Source: Bacteriovoracia bacterium (lineage in GTDB: Bacteria > Bdellovibrionota > UBA1018 > CAIPTA01). From it: a DNA stretch of 64,000 bases. Of the stretch, positions 37,604-48,141 are shown in pieces (within the stretch, counting starts at the first letter, position 1; each line of letters begins with the position of its first letter). Where the stretch lies: contig JBFWVL010000001.1 of the NCBI GenBank assembly GCA_050246755.1, forward strand, positions 704,001-768,000, read 5' to 3'. Below the pieces are notes generated by a model. It worked only from the letters and a program-made list of their open reading frames with translations, searched no databases and had not been told where the DNA came from. A program made the position numbers and the translations under genes.

Positions 37604-38275
37604 ATGGAGCTACTGCACCTCGCGATCGACACGTCCACCTCGAAGCCCGCCGCCGCCCTTCTCCGCGGCGAGCAGGTGCTGCACGAGTGGATCGGCCCCG
37701 AGGGCGTGCGCCACCACGAAACGCTGCTCGCCGGCGTGAACGAGTGCCTCGAAAAATCCGGCTTTCCGCTCAACGATCTTGCCTACCTCTCGGTGGGTGT
37801 AGGTCCCGGCATGTTCACCGGCTTAAGAATCGGCATCACCACCGCAAAATTTCTAGCCGATCCGCTGGGCATTCCCTGCGTGGCCGTTTCTTCCTTGCTC
37901 GCCCTCGCTTACCAGTCAAAACGGCTGGAAAAAGACGTGGTATGTGCGGTGAGCGACGCGAAAGCCAAGCGGGTATACGCGCTTCGCCTTGCTCCCGGGG
38001 AAGCGCCACCCGACTGGAGCGCGCCGGCCGGAGAGGAAATTGCTTCCACTCCCGAAGAGGCCGCCCGTTTAATGAAGCCCGGAGATTTTCTGATCGGTGA
38101 AGGTGCGCAAATTTATCGCGAACTATGGCCACTCGGGGTGCAATTGGCCGCCGCCCCCACTCTCTCCGCGGCGGCCGTAGGAATTTTGGGGGCGAAGCGC
38201 TACGCCCTCGGCTTCACCACGAGCGCCAATGATATTCAACCTACCTACCTAAAAACCGGGCAAGGCCACCTATGA
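37604..38275 (+). CDS. tsaB: tRNA threonylcarbamoyladenosine biosynthesis protein TsaB
   Basis: LAIDTST, GVGPGMFTGLRIG, C-terminal PTYLK. Confidence 0.92.
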   Translation: MELLHLAIDTSTSKPAAALLRGEQVLHEWIGPEGVRHHETLLAGVNECLEKSGFPLNDLAYLSVGVGPGMFTGLRIGITTAKFLADPLGIPCVAVSSLLALAYQSKRLEKDVVCAVSDAKAKRVYALRLAPGEAPPDWSAPAGEEIASTPEEAARLMKPGDFLIGEGAQIYRELWPLGVQLAAAPTLSAAAVGILGAKRYALGFTTSANDIQPTYLKTGQGHL

Positions 38276-39963
38276 CCAAAACGAAACCTTCCTACAAAGT
38301 CCTAATCGATCTCACCGCACCGAAAACCCACCGCGCCCGGATCACGATCGAGAGCGCCGCCGAAAATATTCCCGGCCTCCTGCAGTTTCCCGTATGGACC
38401 CCGGGCTCCTACCTCGTGCGCGAATATTCGCGCCATATCACCCGCCTGGATCCGGCCGATAAGATCGCCAAAAACCGCTGGCAGCTTAGGGGAACTCCCT
38501 CAAAAGTAACCTACGAGGTATACGCATTTGAAAGAACCGTGCGCACCTCGTTCGTAGACGAAAATTATATCACGCTCGTAGGCGCTACCCTGCTCCCCCT
38601 ACTGCACGCTCCTTTCGAAGTGGAAATTCGTCTACCCAAGCACTGGCAAATGCTTTCTTCCGCGCTCAAGTTCCGCAAACGTGGCCCCGGCCGCTGGACT
38701 GCGCTCGTGAACGACGACGACCAATGGATCGATTGCCCGATCGTGGCGGCCGCACCGGGATTCGGCAAGACCTCCTCTTTTCGCTGCAAAGGCATTACCC
38801 ACCATATCGCGTGGGTGGGCCTCAATTGCGAAAGGGAAATGAAGGACTTCGAGAGCGCTTTCCGCAAAATCGCGGAAACCACCATCGATTTCTTCGGGGG
38901 CGCGCCGTTCAAGGAATATTGGTTCCTCCTTCATTTCGGCCATAAGATCTACGGCGGCCTCGAGCACCGTGATTCCCAGCTCTCGCAGTTCGACGGCGGC
39001 GTGCTCGGCGATAAAAAGAAATGGGAAGATTTCTTACGCTTGATCGCCCACGAATACCTCCACGCCTGGAACGTGAAGTCGCTGCGCCCTTTCGCGCTCG
39101 GCCCCTTTAACTACGAGGCGGAGAACTATACGCAAGACATCTGGTTCGCCGAGGGCCTCACCGATTATTTCGATGATATGCTCGTGTGGAAAGCCGGCCT
39201 GATCGATGACAAAGCCTATTGGACCGAGCGGCTGCAAGACAGCAATGAACTTCCCGACGGTAATCCGGGCCATCTCCGCCGCTCGATCGCGGAATCCAGC
39301 TTCGATGCATGGATCCGCTACTATCGCCCTGATGAGGATAGCGTGAACACCGACGTGAGCTACTACTCCAAGGGCGCGACTCTCGGCTGGTGCTGGGACG
39401 CCTACCTCACGAAACGATCCAAGGGAAAATGGACTTTGGCGAAGCTCATGCGCGCGTACTGGAAAGAATTCGGCATCGACGCCTACGAGCCGCTTAAACA
39501 CGCCAAGCCGGGTTATACCCGCGACGATCTCTATCGCTTCGCCGAGGAAAAAACGAAGATTCCTCATCGCGCTTTGCTCGAAAACTGGATCACCGGCCGG
39601 CGCCCCTTGCCCTGGAAAGAGGCGGCAAAAACTTTTGGATTAAAAATCTCTCCCAAAACCAAAGATGCCTTTCTGCACTTTACCGGCATGCAGTTGCAAT
39701 TCAAGCCTGGAGCTACCGCGCAAAAAGTACTTTCGGGTAGCGCCGCCGAGGCGGGAGGCCTCGCACCAAACGATGAGATTCTCGCGGTGGAAGGAATTCG
39801 CGTCAGCGATAGCGAAAAGTTCAATCTCGCGCTGGCGAAGCGCTTTACCCGCGGTGGATCGGTGAAGCTGTTGGTCTGCCGCCTGGATAAAATCCTGGAG
39901 AAAATAATTCGCCCGCGCTCCCACGCCGAAACCGGGATCGAATACGTGCTGGAGAAGTTTTGA
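38272..39963 (+). CDS. M61 family metallo-aminopeptidase with PDZ domain
   Basis: PVWTPGSYLVRE, GGLEH, HEYLHAWNVK, EGLTDY, SYYSKG. Confidence 0.92.
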   Translation: MTKTKPSYKVLIDLTAPKTHRARITIESAAENIPGLLQFPVWTPGSYLVREYSRHITRLDPADKIAKNRWQLRGTPSKVTYEVYAFERTVRTSFVDENYITLVGATLLPLLHAPFEVEIRLPKHWQMLSSALKFRKRGPGRWTALVNDDDQWIDCPIVAAAPGFGKTSSFRCKGITHHIAWVGLNCEREMKDFESAFRKIAETTIDFFGGAPFKEYWFLLHFGHKIYGGLEHRDSQLSQFDGGVLGDKKKWEDFLRLIAHEYLHAWNVKSLRPFALGPFNYEAENYTQDIWFAEGLTDYFDDMLVWKAGLIDDKAYWTERLQDSNELPDGNPGHLRRSIAESSFDAWIRYYRPDEDSVNTDVSYYSKGATLGWCWDAYLTKRSKGKWTLAKLMRAYWKEFGIDAYEPLKHAKPGYTRDDLYRFAEEKTKIPHRALLENWITGRRPLPWKEAAKTFGLKISPKTKDAFLHFTGMQLQFKPGATAQKVLSGSAAEAGGLAPNDEILAVEGIRVSDSEKFNLALAKRFTRGGSVKLLVCRLDKILEKIIRPRSHAETGIEYVLEKF

Positions 39964-40601
39964 GATCGGAAATTCTCTCACTGAACATCGGCCATCCCGC
40001 GCCCATGGAATGGCGGGGAAAATCTATCCTTTCTTCCATGCGTAAAATGCCGGTGCCCGGCCCGCTCTTAGTGCATCGGGACCGCATCGAAGGCAATTCC
40101 TTCGCGAATCCGACGGCCCATGGTACCCCAGATTTCCTGCTCTACGCCTACGGAATGCCCTCCGCGCTTAGCTTCGTGAAGAGAATCGGCTTAGATACCT
40201 ACGAGCCCGGATCCTCCGGCGAAACCTTACTGCTCGATGACTTCGACGAAACGAAGATCAGCGTGGGCGATATATTTTCCTTCGGCGCGGTGATCGCGCA
40301 GGCCTGCTTTCCGCGGATTCCCTGCGGAAAAGTGAACTTTCGCATGCGGCACGAGGGCGGCCAGCGGGCGATGCAGGAATGCGGCCGCAGCGGCGTTTAC
40401 CTGCGTGTTTTGCAGCCAGGAAAAATTCACTCTTCCGATACAGTGAAGAAAATAGAAAGCGCGGCCCACGTTTTTTCTATCTTTGAAGTGTACCAGCTGG
40501 TGTTGAGAGGGGAAAAGCCGACGGCCGAGCAAATGGAGCGAGCGCAGGCGAATGGAGCCTTTCCGCAAAAATTCTTAGACCGCTGGCTCAATTCTAACTA
40601 A
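39960..40601 (+). CDS. MOSC domain protein (YiiM-like)
   Basis: GETLLL, VGDIF, PRIPCGK, GRSGVYLRVLQPG. Confidence 0.85.
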   Translation: MRSEILSLNIGHPAPMEWRGKSILSSMRKMPVPGPLLVHRDRIEGNSFANPTAHGTPDFLLYAYGMPSALSFVKRIGLDTYEPGSSGETLLLDDFDETKISVGDIFSFGAVIAQACFPRIPCGKVNFRMRHEGGQRAMQECGRSGVYLRVLQPGKIHSSDTVKKIESAAHVFSIFEVYQLVLRGEKPTAEQMERAQANGAFPQKFLDRWLNSN

Positions 40602-41742
40602 AAGATCCCGATAAAATTTCGAAATGAGGCGCTGGCCTATCCGTAGGAGGCAGCGCCACGGTGCGCACGGTGGAGAGATCGTGCGGCGCCAGAAAATGCA
40701 GCTTATTGTGCGTCGTGGTGGCTAAGTAGAGATCCGAATTAGGGTCCAGCCCGACGCCCATCGGCTCCTCGTCGCCGAAGTCCCGCTGGCACAATAAGGC
40801 GCTCGAATCGATATTCCACTTCGACACCCTTCTCCCTTTCATGTGAGCCACCAACACCGCCCGGCGCCCCTCGTCGATCTTCACCGTTAAGCTCAGGCGC
40901 ATTGCCTCCGCAAGCGCGGTGGGCCGCGCTTCATGCCAGTCTTTTTTAAAGGGTGAACCGAATACTACCGGGGTACTGAAATTATCATTCGCGATTTTGC
41001 CGTTTAGCGTTTTATTTATCCAAGCACGGGTAGAAATCACCAGCCGGTCATCGCTCGTCTTGTCTATATGGCAAAGAGAATGGAACTCATTTTTTGCAGA
41101 GATAGTATCCAGGATTCTACCGGAAGTGGCGTCGAGCAGGGTGAGCACTCCGTCTTTGTATGGCTTATCCAGCGCCACGACTCTTCCATAGTGTCCCACG
41201 GCCAGCACCGCTCCGCCCTTGAGGGGAATAATGTAATGGCTTTGCGCTCCGCCCGACGAAAAACTGCCGATCTGCTTCCAGGTTTTCGTCTCGAAGCGCC
41301 GAACGGACCCATGCGCGGTTTTCTCGGCAGGATACTCGGCAAGGTAGAGAATATTTCCGTCGGGAGAAAAACAGCCGTGGCCGGAAAATTCACCGCCCGC
41401 GTTTGCGCGAATCTTCGCTATGCTTTTTTTCTTTTCTAAATCTACCACGGAAACGAGGGGGCCGGCCTGGTCGATCAATACGGCAAATTTTTCTTTATGG
41501 CCAAGCACCGAGTGCCCAAACTCATTTTCTATATCCATCAAAAAATTTTTCTCGGTGGCCAGATCTAGAATAGCTAATTTCTTGGGTTGAAGCTGCAATA
41601 GGGAGCCATGGGCTTGGTTGGCGCGTTTTTTTGCGGAAAAGCGGGCGGCCTTTGCCAATACCTGCCCGGGAAATGGAAGCAATGCCAGCCCGCCGGCACA
41701 TAAGGTGATTTGCTGCAAAAATCTTCGGCGATCGATTTGCAT
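40594..41742 (-). CDS. Tat-exported beta-propeller, DUF1513-like
   Basis: IDRRRFL twin-arginine signal; FGHS, FSGHGCFSPDGNILYLAEY, SHYI, SLCH. Confidence 0.75.
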   Translation of the reverse strand: MQIDRRRFLQQITLCAGGLALLPFPGQVLAKAARFSAKKRANQAHGSLLQLQPKKLAILDLATEKNFLMDIENEFGHSVLGHKEKFAVLIDQAGPLVSVVDLEKKKSIAKIRANAGGEFSGHGCFSPDGNILYLAEYPAEKTAHGSVRRFETKTWKQIGSFSSGGAQSHYIIPLKGGAVLAVGHYGRVVALDKPYKDGVLTLLDATSGRILDTISAKNEFHSLCHIDKTSDDRLVISTRAWINKTLNGKIANDNFSTPVVFGSPFKKDWHEARPTALAEAMRLSLTVKIDEGRRAVLVAHMKGRRVSKWNIDSSALLCQRDFGDEEPMGVGLDPNSDLYLATTTHNKLHFLAPHDLSTVRTVALPPTDRPAPHFEILSGSFS

Positions 41743-41807
41743 AGCGAAAGCTTACGCCAAATAAGCGGGATTTGACACTACGGTGAATCCCGACTTAAAA
41801 CTCCTTC

Positions 41808-42563
41808 ATGGCAAAAATCACTCTTCCGTCCCCCTCGCACATTCAGTCACTTTTACAGAAGAGCAAGGCGGGCACCCCGGTCGGCGCGGAAGAGCTGCGT
41901 TGGCTGGCTCCGCTCATCGACCATACCCTGCTAAAACCCGACGCCACCGAAGAGCAAGTGCGCCAGCTTTGCGCCGAGGCGCTACATTTCGGGTTTGCCA
42001 CCGTATGCGTCTATCCAAAATTTCTTCCTCTTTGTGGGGAGCTGCTTGCTGGATCCGCCGTTCTGCCGATCGCGGTCATCGGATTTCCCACAGGGAAAGA
42101 GTCTACCGAGCAAAAAGTCTCGGAAGCCAAAGATGCCGTGGCTAAGGGGGCCAAGGAGATCGATATGGTGCTTAATACAGATTTACTAAAGGCGCGTTTC
42201 CTGCGCCCGGTATACGGCGACATCCGCAAAGTAGTCCAGGCCGCCGGGCAGGTGCCGGTGAAAGTAATTCTCGAAACCTGCCTCCTCAGCAATGAGGAAA
42301 AAATCCTGGCCTGCGCTTTAGCCAAAGCCTCCGGAGCGGCTTTCGTAAAAACCTCCACTGGCTTCGCGGCGAACGGCGCCACTGTTGCGGACATCGCCCT
42401 GATGCGAGCGGCCGTGGGCTCAGATATGGGAGTAAAAGCCAGCGGAGGGATCCGCTCCACCGAAAATGCCCTGGAAATGATATTAGCGGGGGCTGATCGC
42501 CTCGGCGCTTCGGCCAGCGTGGCCATCGTGGGCGGAAAAAGCGAAACCGGGGCCGGTTACTGA
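41808..42563 (+). CDS. deoC: Deoxyribose-phosphate aldolase
   Basis: IDHTLLKP, VIGFPTG, KVILET, FVKTSTGF, KASGGIR. Confidence 0.96.
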   Translation: MAKITLPSPSHIQSLLQKSKAGTPVGAEELRWLAPLIDHTLLKPDATEEQVRQLCAEALHFGFATVCVYPKFLPLCGELLAGSAVLPIAVIGFPTGKESTEQKVSEAKDAVAKGAKEIDMVLNTDLLKARFLRPVYGDIRKVVQAAGQVPVKVILETCLLSNEEKILACALAKASGAAFVKTSTGFAANGATVADIALMRAAVGSDMGVKASGGIRSTENALEMILAGADRLGASASVAIVGGKSETGAGY

Positions 42564-43393
42564 CCCGGCTTTTCCTGAATTTCTTTATAAAGCCGGCCCT
42601 GCATCTGCGCGATATTCACGAGAAAGCCCAAACCTACCTTGCCTTCGGCTAAATCCTTCCGCAGCAAGGCATTGCGCAATTCCGTGTCTAGGCGGCCGTA
42701 AAGAATATCGGCGCGGGAACGGCTGTTTTTGGCGGCACCCACCGCCTGCTCGCGCTGGTGGTAAAATGCCAGCGGCTCCTCGAGAAACGGAACCTCGAAC
42801 TTCTCGAAAAGACGCAGAGAAAAATCCCAGTCTTCGAGTGGGCCTAGGTGCGGGGAAAAAACTCCGGTCTCCGCGAGCACCGCACGGCGAAAGAGCAGCG
42901 CGATGGGGGGAAAAGTAAGGCTTTCGGCCAGGCGAAAGAGAGAGATAGCATCCTTCTGCCAGGCCTCGTAGGGAACACGGGAAATTTCTATGGCCTTTCC
43001 GTTCTCTTCCCTCTCGGTCACTAAAGTCGACTGGGTCACGATGGCGGCCGCGTTTTTTATTTCGGCGATCGTGCGCTCGAGGAACCGCGGATCCCAGGAA
43101 TCGTCGTCGTCGTGAATCGCCACGAACTCCGAATCGGCGATTTCGAGCCCGGCGTTGAGGTGCTTGCCCGTCCCACGCCCCTCGGAAACCGAAAAATTCA
43201 CCAGCTTCAGTCTATCGCCGAGCGCCGGCCGGTACTTTTTTAGTATGCCCTCGAGCACGTTGCTATCGCCGGCATCATTGATAATTACGAGCACCCAGTG
43301 CGGATCGGTCTGCGCGAGAACGCTCTGCAGCCCCCGCTCCAGGTAGAAGGGACGGTCCTTGGTGCGCATTAGGATCGCGGTTCGGGCTTTCAT
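42557..43393 (-). CDS. Glycosyltransferase family 2
   Basis: Start 43393 (ATGA overlap with the upstream gene); MRTKDRP, INDAG, HDDDDSW, LEDWDF. Confidence 0.88.
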   Translation of the reverse strand: MKARTAILMRTKDRPFYLERGLQSVLAQTDPHWVLVIINDAGDSNVLEGILKKYRPALGDRLKLVNFSVSEGRGTGKHLNAGLEIADSEFVAIHDDDDSWDPRFLERTIAEIKNAAAIVTQSTLVTEREENGKAIEISRVPYEAWQKDAISLFRLAESLTFPPIALLFRRAVLAETGVFSPHLGPLEDWDFSLRLFEKFEVPFLEEPLAFYHQREQAVGAAKNSRSRADILYGRLDTELRNALLRKDLAEGKVGLGFLVNIAQMQGRLYKEIQEKPGQ

Positions 43394-44562
43394 GAAATGG
43401 GAAACCTCGTCCAGGCCATATGCGCCGATAAGTGCCCGGGCATCGGCATGACTATTTCTTCCGCTACGTGGAGCGTTTTCGCATCGAAAAAAACGAGCTT
43501 CGATTTCACGCCGGTGGCGGAAAGGAAGAACTGGTCTTGCGTGGGCGTCACGTTGAAGCCGGTGAGCAAGTGGTCGGGGTAGTGCAGAATTTTTCGCAAC
43601 CGCTTGGATTCCGTGTCCCAAAAGCTCACGCGCTTCGAATCGGGGTGCACCAATCCAAACGTTTTGTGCTTATCGCTCAGCGCATTGCTGAAATTAAACC
43701 GAAGGTGCTCGCGGTTGCCTTGGTCGTCGAACTCCTGGAGCTTCGTAGATTCGCGGTTCATGTAGAGAACGGGAGCCGGATAGTATTTATTCGTGGCCAT
43801 CAGGCTGTCGAATTTTTCGGTGGGAGAAACTAGCGTGTGGTTGTCGGCGGAAATATAAATCTCACCAGGCTTGCGTGAGCTCGCGGCCACGTGGCAAAGG
43901 GCTAGGTTTAGGTACTGCGATTTCGCGCGGTGAACGATATTCTTCGATTTAAAATCTACGTAGGTGATTTCCGAATTCAGCTCTCTTTTTTCGCTGGTGG
44001 TAAGTTTTCCGTAGTGGGCGATCGCGAGCTCTTTCATTGCGGGATCGAGGCTCACTAACTGGTGCGGATGCGCCACGCCGGTATGGATTTCGTCCATGAT
44101 GGCGCCGGTGGAAACGTCCCGTACGGAGATAAAGCCCTCGGCGGCATCTTCTTCTTTATACTCGCTGGACAATATCTTACTTCCGTCGAGGGTGAAGAGG
44201 CCGTGACCGCTAAAAAGATAGCCGGGCTTCGCTTGGATCTCGCGGGTCACTTTTCCCTCTTTGAGGGAAAGCAAAACCATCCGGTCGAGCCGGAACGGGT
44301 AGATGGCCAGCAGGGAAGGATCCTTCGGATGAACTTCGATCGAATGCGCGCCCAAGATTTTATTGGGCATGGGAAGATCGAATGCTTTCCACTTTTTGCC
44401 GTTACGGCTCATCGCCACGAGCTGGCCGTTGGGACGCCAGCTTTGGTTTAGCAGAATTAAAAGGGTTTCTTGCTCTTTGGACTGCTTCTGTAGCTTTCCG
44501 AATGCGATCCTCGGAGATAGAGCCGAAAGCCCCAATAACGCTAAAAATTTTCTTCGGTCCAT
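43390..44562 (-). CDS. Tat-exported beta-propeller, DUF1513-like (second paralog)
   Basis: MDRRKFL signal; AHS, FSGHGLFTLDGSKILSSEY, PHQL, LCH. Confidence 0.75.
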   Translation of the reverse strand: MDRRKFLALLGLSALSPRIAFGKLQKQSKEQETLLILLNQSWRPNGQLVAMSRNGKKWKAFDLPMPNKILGAHSIEVHPKDPSLLAIYPFRLDRMVLLSLKEGKVTREIQAKPGYLFSGHGLFTLDGSKILSSEYKEEDAAEGFISVRDVSTGAIMDEIHTGVAHPHQLVSLDPAMKELAIAHYGKLTTSEKRELNSEITYVDFKSKNIVHRAKSQYLNLALCHVAASSRKPGEIYISADNHTLVSPTEKFDSLMATNKYYPAPVLYMNRESTKLQEFDDQGNREHLRFNFSNALSDKHKTFGLVHPDSKRVSFWDTESKRLRKILHYPDHLLTGFNVTPTQDQFFLSATGVKSKLVFFDAKTLHVAEEIVMPMPGHLSAHMAWTRFPIS

Positions 44563-44686
44563 GGAGAGCATTGGCGAAAACCTTAACATAAGGATTTAGG
44601 CGTCGGAATAACGAGTCCAGGCCGATTTCGCGGCGCGAAATATCGTGAGGCTTTACGAAGCGCAGCAAACGCATTACTACTCTTAC

Positions 44687-45877
44687 ATGGCTCATTCGCA
44701 CTATAGCCGGGTTTTCCTCGTCGTGCTCGACAGCGTGGGCATTGGCGCGCTTCCCGACGCCAAAGATTTCGGTGACGAAGGCGCCCATACCCTGGCCCAT
44801 ATCGGCGAAGCCGTAGGCGGGCTCAAGCTACCCACCCTCACGCGCATGGGCCTGGGAAATATTTCCAAAATTCCCGGCCTTTCTCCTCCGCAAAAAACTT
44901 CCGCCTCCTACGGAAAATGCGCCGAGCTCGCCAAAGGTAAAGATACGACCACCGGCCACTGGGAAATGGCCGGCATCTCCGTGAAGAAACCTTTCCCCAC
45001 CTACTACGAAGGATTTCCCCAAAGCTTCGTGGACGAATTCGTTTCGCTCGCCAAGGTTCCGGGCTACCTCGGAAATATCCCCGCCAGCGGAACCGAGATC
45101 ATCCAAACTCTCGGCGGCGAGCATGTGCGCAGCGGAAAACCGATTGTCTATACCAGCGCCGATTCCGTTTTTCAGATCGCCTGCCACGAAGAATCGTTCG
45201 GGCTCGAGCGGCTCTATGAATGCTGCAAAATCGCCCGGAAGCTTTGCGATGAGCTCGGCGTGGCCCGCGTGATCGCGAGGCCCTTCCTCGGGGCCAACGG
45301 AAAATATACCCGCACTACGAACCGCAAAGATTATTCCGTAGCGCTGCCCGAAGAGACGATGATGGATTGCTTGCAGCGCATGCCCGGCCTGGAAACGGTG
45401 AGCATCGGAAAAGTAGCTAGTATTTATTCCGACCATGGATTCCACCGCCAAGTGAAGGCGGGCGATAACCGCGCCATCTTCGCGGCGCTGAAAGCGGAAA
45501 CCGAGACCGCGAAATCCGGCCTAGTATTCGCCAACCTCGTGGATTTCGACATGCTCTACGGGCACCGCCGCGATTCGGCCGGCTACGCCCGCGAGCTGCA
45601 GTGGCTCGACGGCGAGCTGGAGAAACTTCTACCCACGCTGCGCGAGGGCGACTTAGTGCTGCTCACCGCCGACCACGGCAACGATCCGTCTTTTCCCGGA
45701 AGCGATCATACGCGCGAATATATTCCGGTGATCGCCTGGAGCCGGGAAACCGAAAAGCGCGGCGGCCACGATCTCGGCACCCGCAAGACCTTCGCCGATA
45801 TTGGCCAAACCATTCTCGAGGCCCTGGGCTCCACCGAGAAACAAAAAATCGGCCAGAGTTTTCTCGCGCAGATTTAA
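44687..45877 (+). CDS. deoB: Phosphopentomutase
   Basis: VLDSVGIG, GKDTTTGHWE, YTSADSVFQ, TADHGNDP, DHTRE. Confidence 0.96.
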   Translation: MAHSHYSRVFLVVLDSVGIGALPDAKDFGDEGAHTLAHIGEAVGGLKLPTLTRMGLGNISKIPGLSPPQKTSASYGKCAELAKGKDTTTGHWEMAGISVKKPFPTYYEGFPQSFVDEFVSLAKVPGYLGNIPASGTEIIQTLGGEHVRSGKPIVYTSADSVFQIACHEESFGLERLYECCKIARKLCDELGVARVIARPFLGANGKYTRTTNRKDYSVALPEETMMDCLQRMPGLETVSIGKVASIYSDHGFHRQVKAGDNRAIFAALKAETETAKSGLVFANLVDFDMLYGHRRDSAGYARELQWLDGELEKLLPTLREGDLVLLTADHGNDPSFPGSDHTREYIPVIAWSRETEKRGGHDLGTRKTFADIGQTILEALGSTEKQKIGQSFLAQI

Positions 45878-45887
45878 GGGAGAATCC

Positions 45888-47213
45888 GTGAACGCAGCCA
45901 GCCTGATCAAAAAGAAACGTAATGGCGAACGCCTCGAAAGCGAGGAGATCGCCTTTCTGGTTAACGGTTTCACGAAGGGCACGATTCCTGATTACCAAAT
46001 GAGCGCTTTCCTGATGGCCGTATATTTCCGCGGGATGGACGCCGAGGAAACCGCCCAGCTTGTTTCGATCATGGAACATTCCGGTTCGGTGGTGGATCTG
46101 TCCCGCCTGAAGCTGCCAAAAGTGGATAAGCATTCCACCGGCGGCATCGGCGACAAAACCACTTTTCTGCTCGGCCCCATGCTCGCGGCCTGTGGAATCG
46201 CCTACCCTACGATCGCCGGACGCGGCCTTGCCCATACTGGCGGCACGATCGACAAATTCGAAGCGATTCCCGGCTTCAATTGTTTCTTGCCCCTGAAGCG
46301 CTTCGAGGAATTAGTTTCCACCGTCGGCCTAGCGTTCATCGGCCAATCCGAAGAGGTTTGCCCCGCCGACCGTAAGATCTATGCCCTCCGCGATGTGACA
46401 GCCACCGTGGAAAGCACGCCCCTCATCGTGGCGAGCATCATGAGCAAAAAACTCGCGGAAGGAATCGACGGCATCGTGTTCGACGTGAAGTGTGGTTCCG
46501 GCGCTTTCATGAAAACCGAAAAAGAAGCCGCCGAGCTCGCCAAAGCCCTAGTGGCCACGGCGAAAGCCGCCAAGAAGCATGCGAGCGCCCTGGTGACCGC
46601 CATGGACGAGCCGCTCGGCCGGGCCGTAGGCAACGCGATTGAAGTGAATGAATGCGTCTCCTTCCTGCGGCAAGGGCCGCAGGATCCTCAGCCCGATCCT
46701 CTGCTGAAAGAAATTACCTTGGAGCTCGCCATCGAGCTTTACTCTTTGGCCGAGCTGCAAAAAGGCAAGAAGCGCCCTAACGCTTCGGCGGTGCGCGAAG
46801 TTCTTGAGGAAACTTTGAAGTCTGGCCAGGCCTATTCAAAATTTCTCGAAATCGTGAGCTTGCAGGGCGGCGATACCAGCGCCCTCGACGAAGGACTCCC
46901 CCTTGCCCCCAAAAAAATCCCCTTCGTGGCCGCCAAGCGCGGATTCCTGAATTCCATGAATGCAGAAGCCATCGGCTTGGCGCTTACCGAATTAGGCGGC
47001 GGCCGCAGGAAGACCAGCGATAAAATCGATCCTTCCGTGGGTTTTTGGTTCGAAAAGCATCTGGGAGATAGCGTCAAAAAAGACGAGACCATCGCGATGA
47101 TCTACGCCCGCGACGCTAAGAGCGGTGAAATCGCTAGAAAAATGCTGGAAGAGGCGATTCAGATCGATTCGGAGTCCTCACCAAAAGCTAAATTGATCCG
47201 GCAGCGAATCTGA
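45888..47213 (+). CDS. pdp: Pyrimidine-nucleoside/thymidine phosphorylase
   Basis: GTG start after GGGAG; DKHSTGGIGDK, GRGLAHTGGTIDK, SIMSKKLAEG. Confidence 0.94.
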   Translation: MNAASLIKKKRNGERLESEEIAFLVNGFTKGTIPDYQMSAFLMAVYFRGMDAEETAQLVSIMEHSGSVVDLSRLKLPKVDKHSTGGIGDKTTFLLGPMLAACGIAYPTIAGRGLAHTGGTIDKFEAIPGFNCFLPLKRFEELVSTVGLAFIGQSEEVCPADRKIYALRDVTATVESTPLIVASIMSKKLAEGIDGIVFDVKCGSGAFMKTEKEAAELAKALVATAKAAKKHASALVTAMDEPLGRAVGNAIEVNECVSFLRQGPQDPQPDPLLKEITLELAIELYSLAELQKGKKRPNASAVREVLEETLKSGQAYSKFLEIVSLQGGDTSALDEGLPLAPKKIPFVAAKRGFLNSMNAEAIGLALTELGGGRRKTSDKIDPSVGFWFEKHLGDSVKKDETIAMIYARDAKSGEIARKMLEEAIQIDSESSPKAKLIRQRI

Positions 47214-47228
47214 ATTAGACCTTAGCTC

Positions 47229-48113
47229 GTGGTAACCCAATCTCAAGTAGTGCAGCAGATCCAAGACGTGGTCGAATTTTTCGAGCCCAGGATAAAAACG
47301 CGTCCGGAAGTAGCGATCATTCTCGGCAGCGGGCTTGGCGGTTTCGCTGATCATATTGAAGAAGCCGAAGAAATTGCCTACGCAGACATTCCTCACTTCC
47401 AGAATCCCTCCGTGGAAGGCCATAGCGGGAAAATGATCTTTGGCCGCGTGCGCGGAGTTCCGGTGGCCGTGCTCCAAGGACGCTGGCATTTCTACGAAGG
47501 CCATTCCATGAGTAGCATCGTGATTCCCACCCGTGCGCTCGCGGCGCTCGGCGCCCATACCATTCTCCTCACGAATGCGGCCGGCGGAGTGAACCTCAAT
47601 TTTCAGGGCGGCGATCTCATGACGATCGTGGACCATATCAACCTAATGGGTGATAACCCGCTTACCGGAAAAGACTCCGTTATGTTCGGCCCCCGCTTTC
47701 CCGATATGAGCGAGCCCTATTCCCACGACTGTATCCGCGCGATCGAGGAAGCCGGTGCGCGGCTCAAAATCCCCCTAAAGCGCGGCACCTATATCGGCCT
47801 GCGCGGTCCCACCTACGAAACCCCCGCCGAGGTAAAAATGCTGCGCGTACTCGGCGGCGACGCCGTGGGCATGAGCACGGTGCCCGAAGCTATCGCCGCC
47901 CGCCACCTCGGCATGCGCGTGGCCGGGATTTCCTGCATCACCAATATGGCCGCTGGCATCGAGCAAAAAACCCTGAATCACGAAGAGGTTCAGGAAGTGG
48001 CAGCCCAGTCGATGGGCAAACTAGCGAAATTAATGATCGAGGCCATGCCGGAGCTGGCGCGCAAGGAAGGCCCCTCGAATGCCCAGGAAACGCGCGACAA
48101 ATTCCAGCGATAA
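47229..48113 (+). CDS. punA: Purine nucleoside phosphorylase (trimeric type)
   Basis: ILGSGLG, GRWHFYEG, TNAAGG, GPTYETPAE, GMSTVPE. Confidence 0.95.
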   Translation: MVTQSQVVQQIQDVVEFFEPRIKTRPEVAIILGSGLGGFADHIEEAEEIAYADIPHFQNPSVEGHSGKMIFGRVRGVPVAVLQGRWHFYEGHSMSSIVIPTRALAALGAHTILLTNAAGGVNLNFQGGDLMTIVDHINLMGDNPLTGKDSVMFGPRFPDMSEPYSHDCIRAIEEAGARLKIPLKRGTYIGLRGPTYETPAEVKMLRVLGGDAVGMSTVPEAIAARHLGMRVAGISCITNMAAGIEQKTLNHEEVQEVAAQSMGKLAKLMIEAMPELARKEGPSNAQETRDKFQR

Positions 48114-48141
48114 CGCGGCTATTGGTATACTTTAACCAGCG

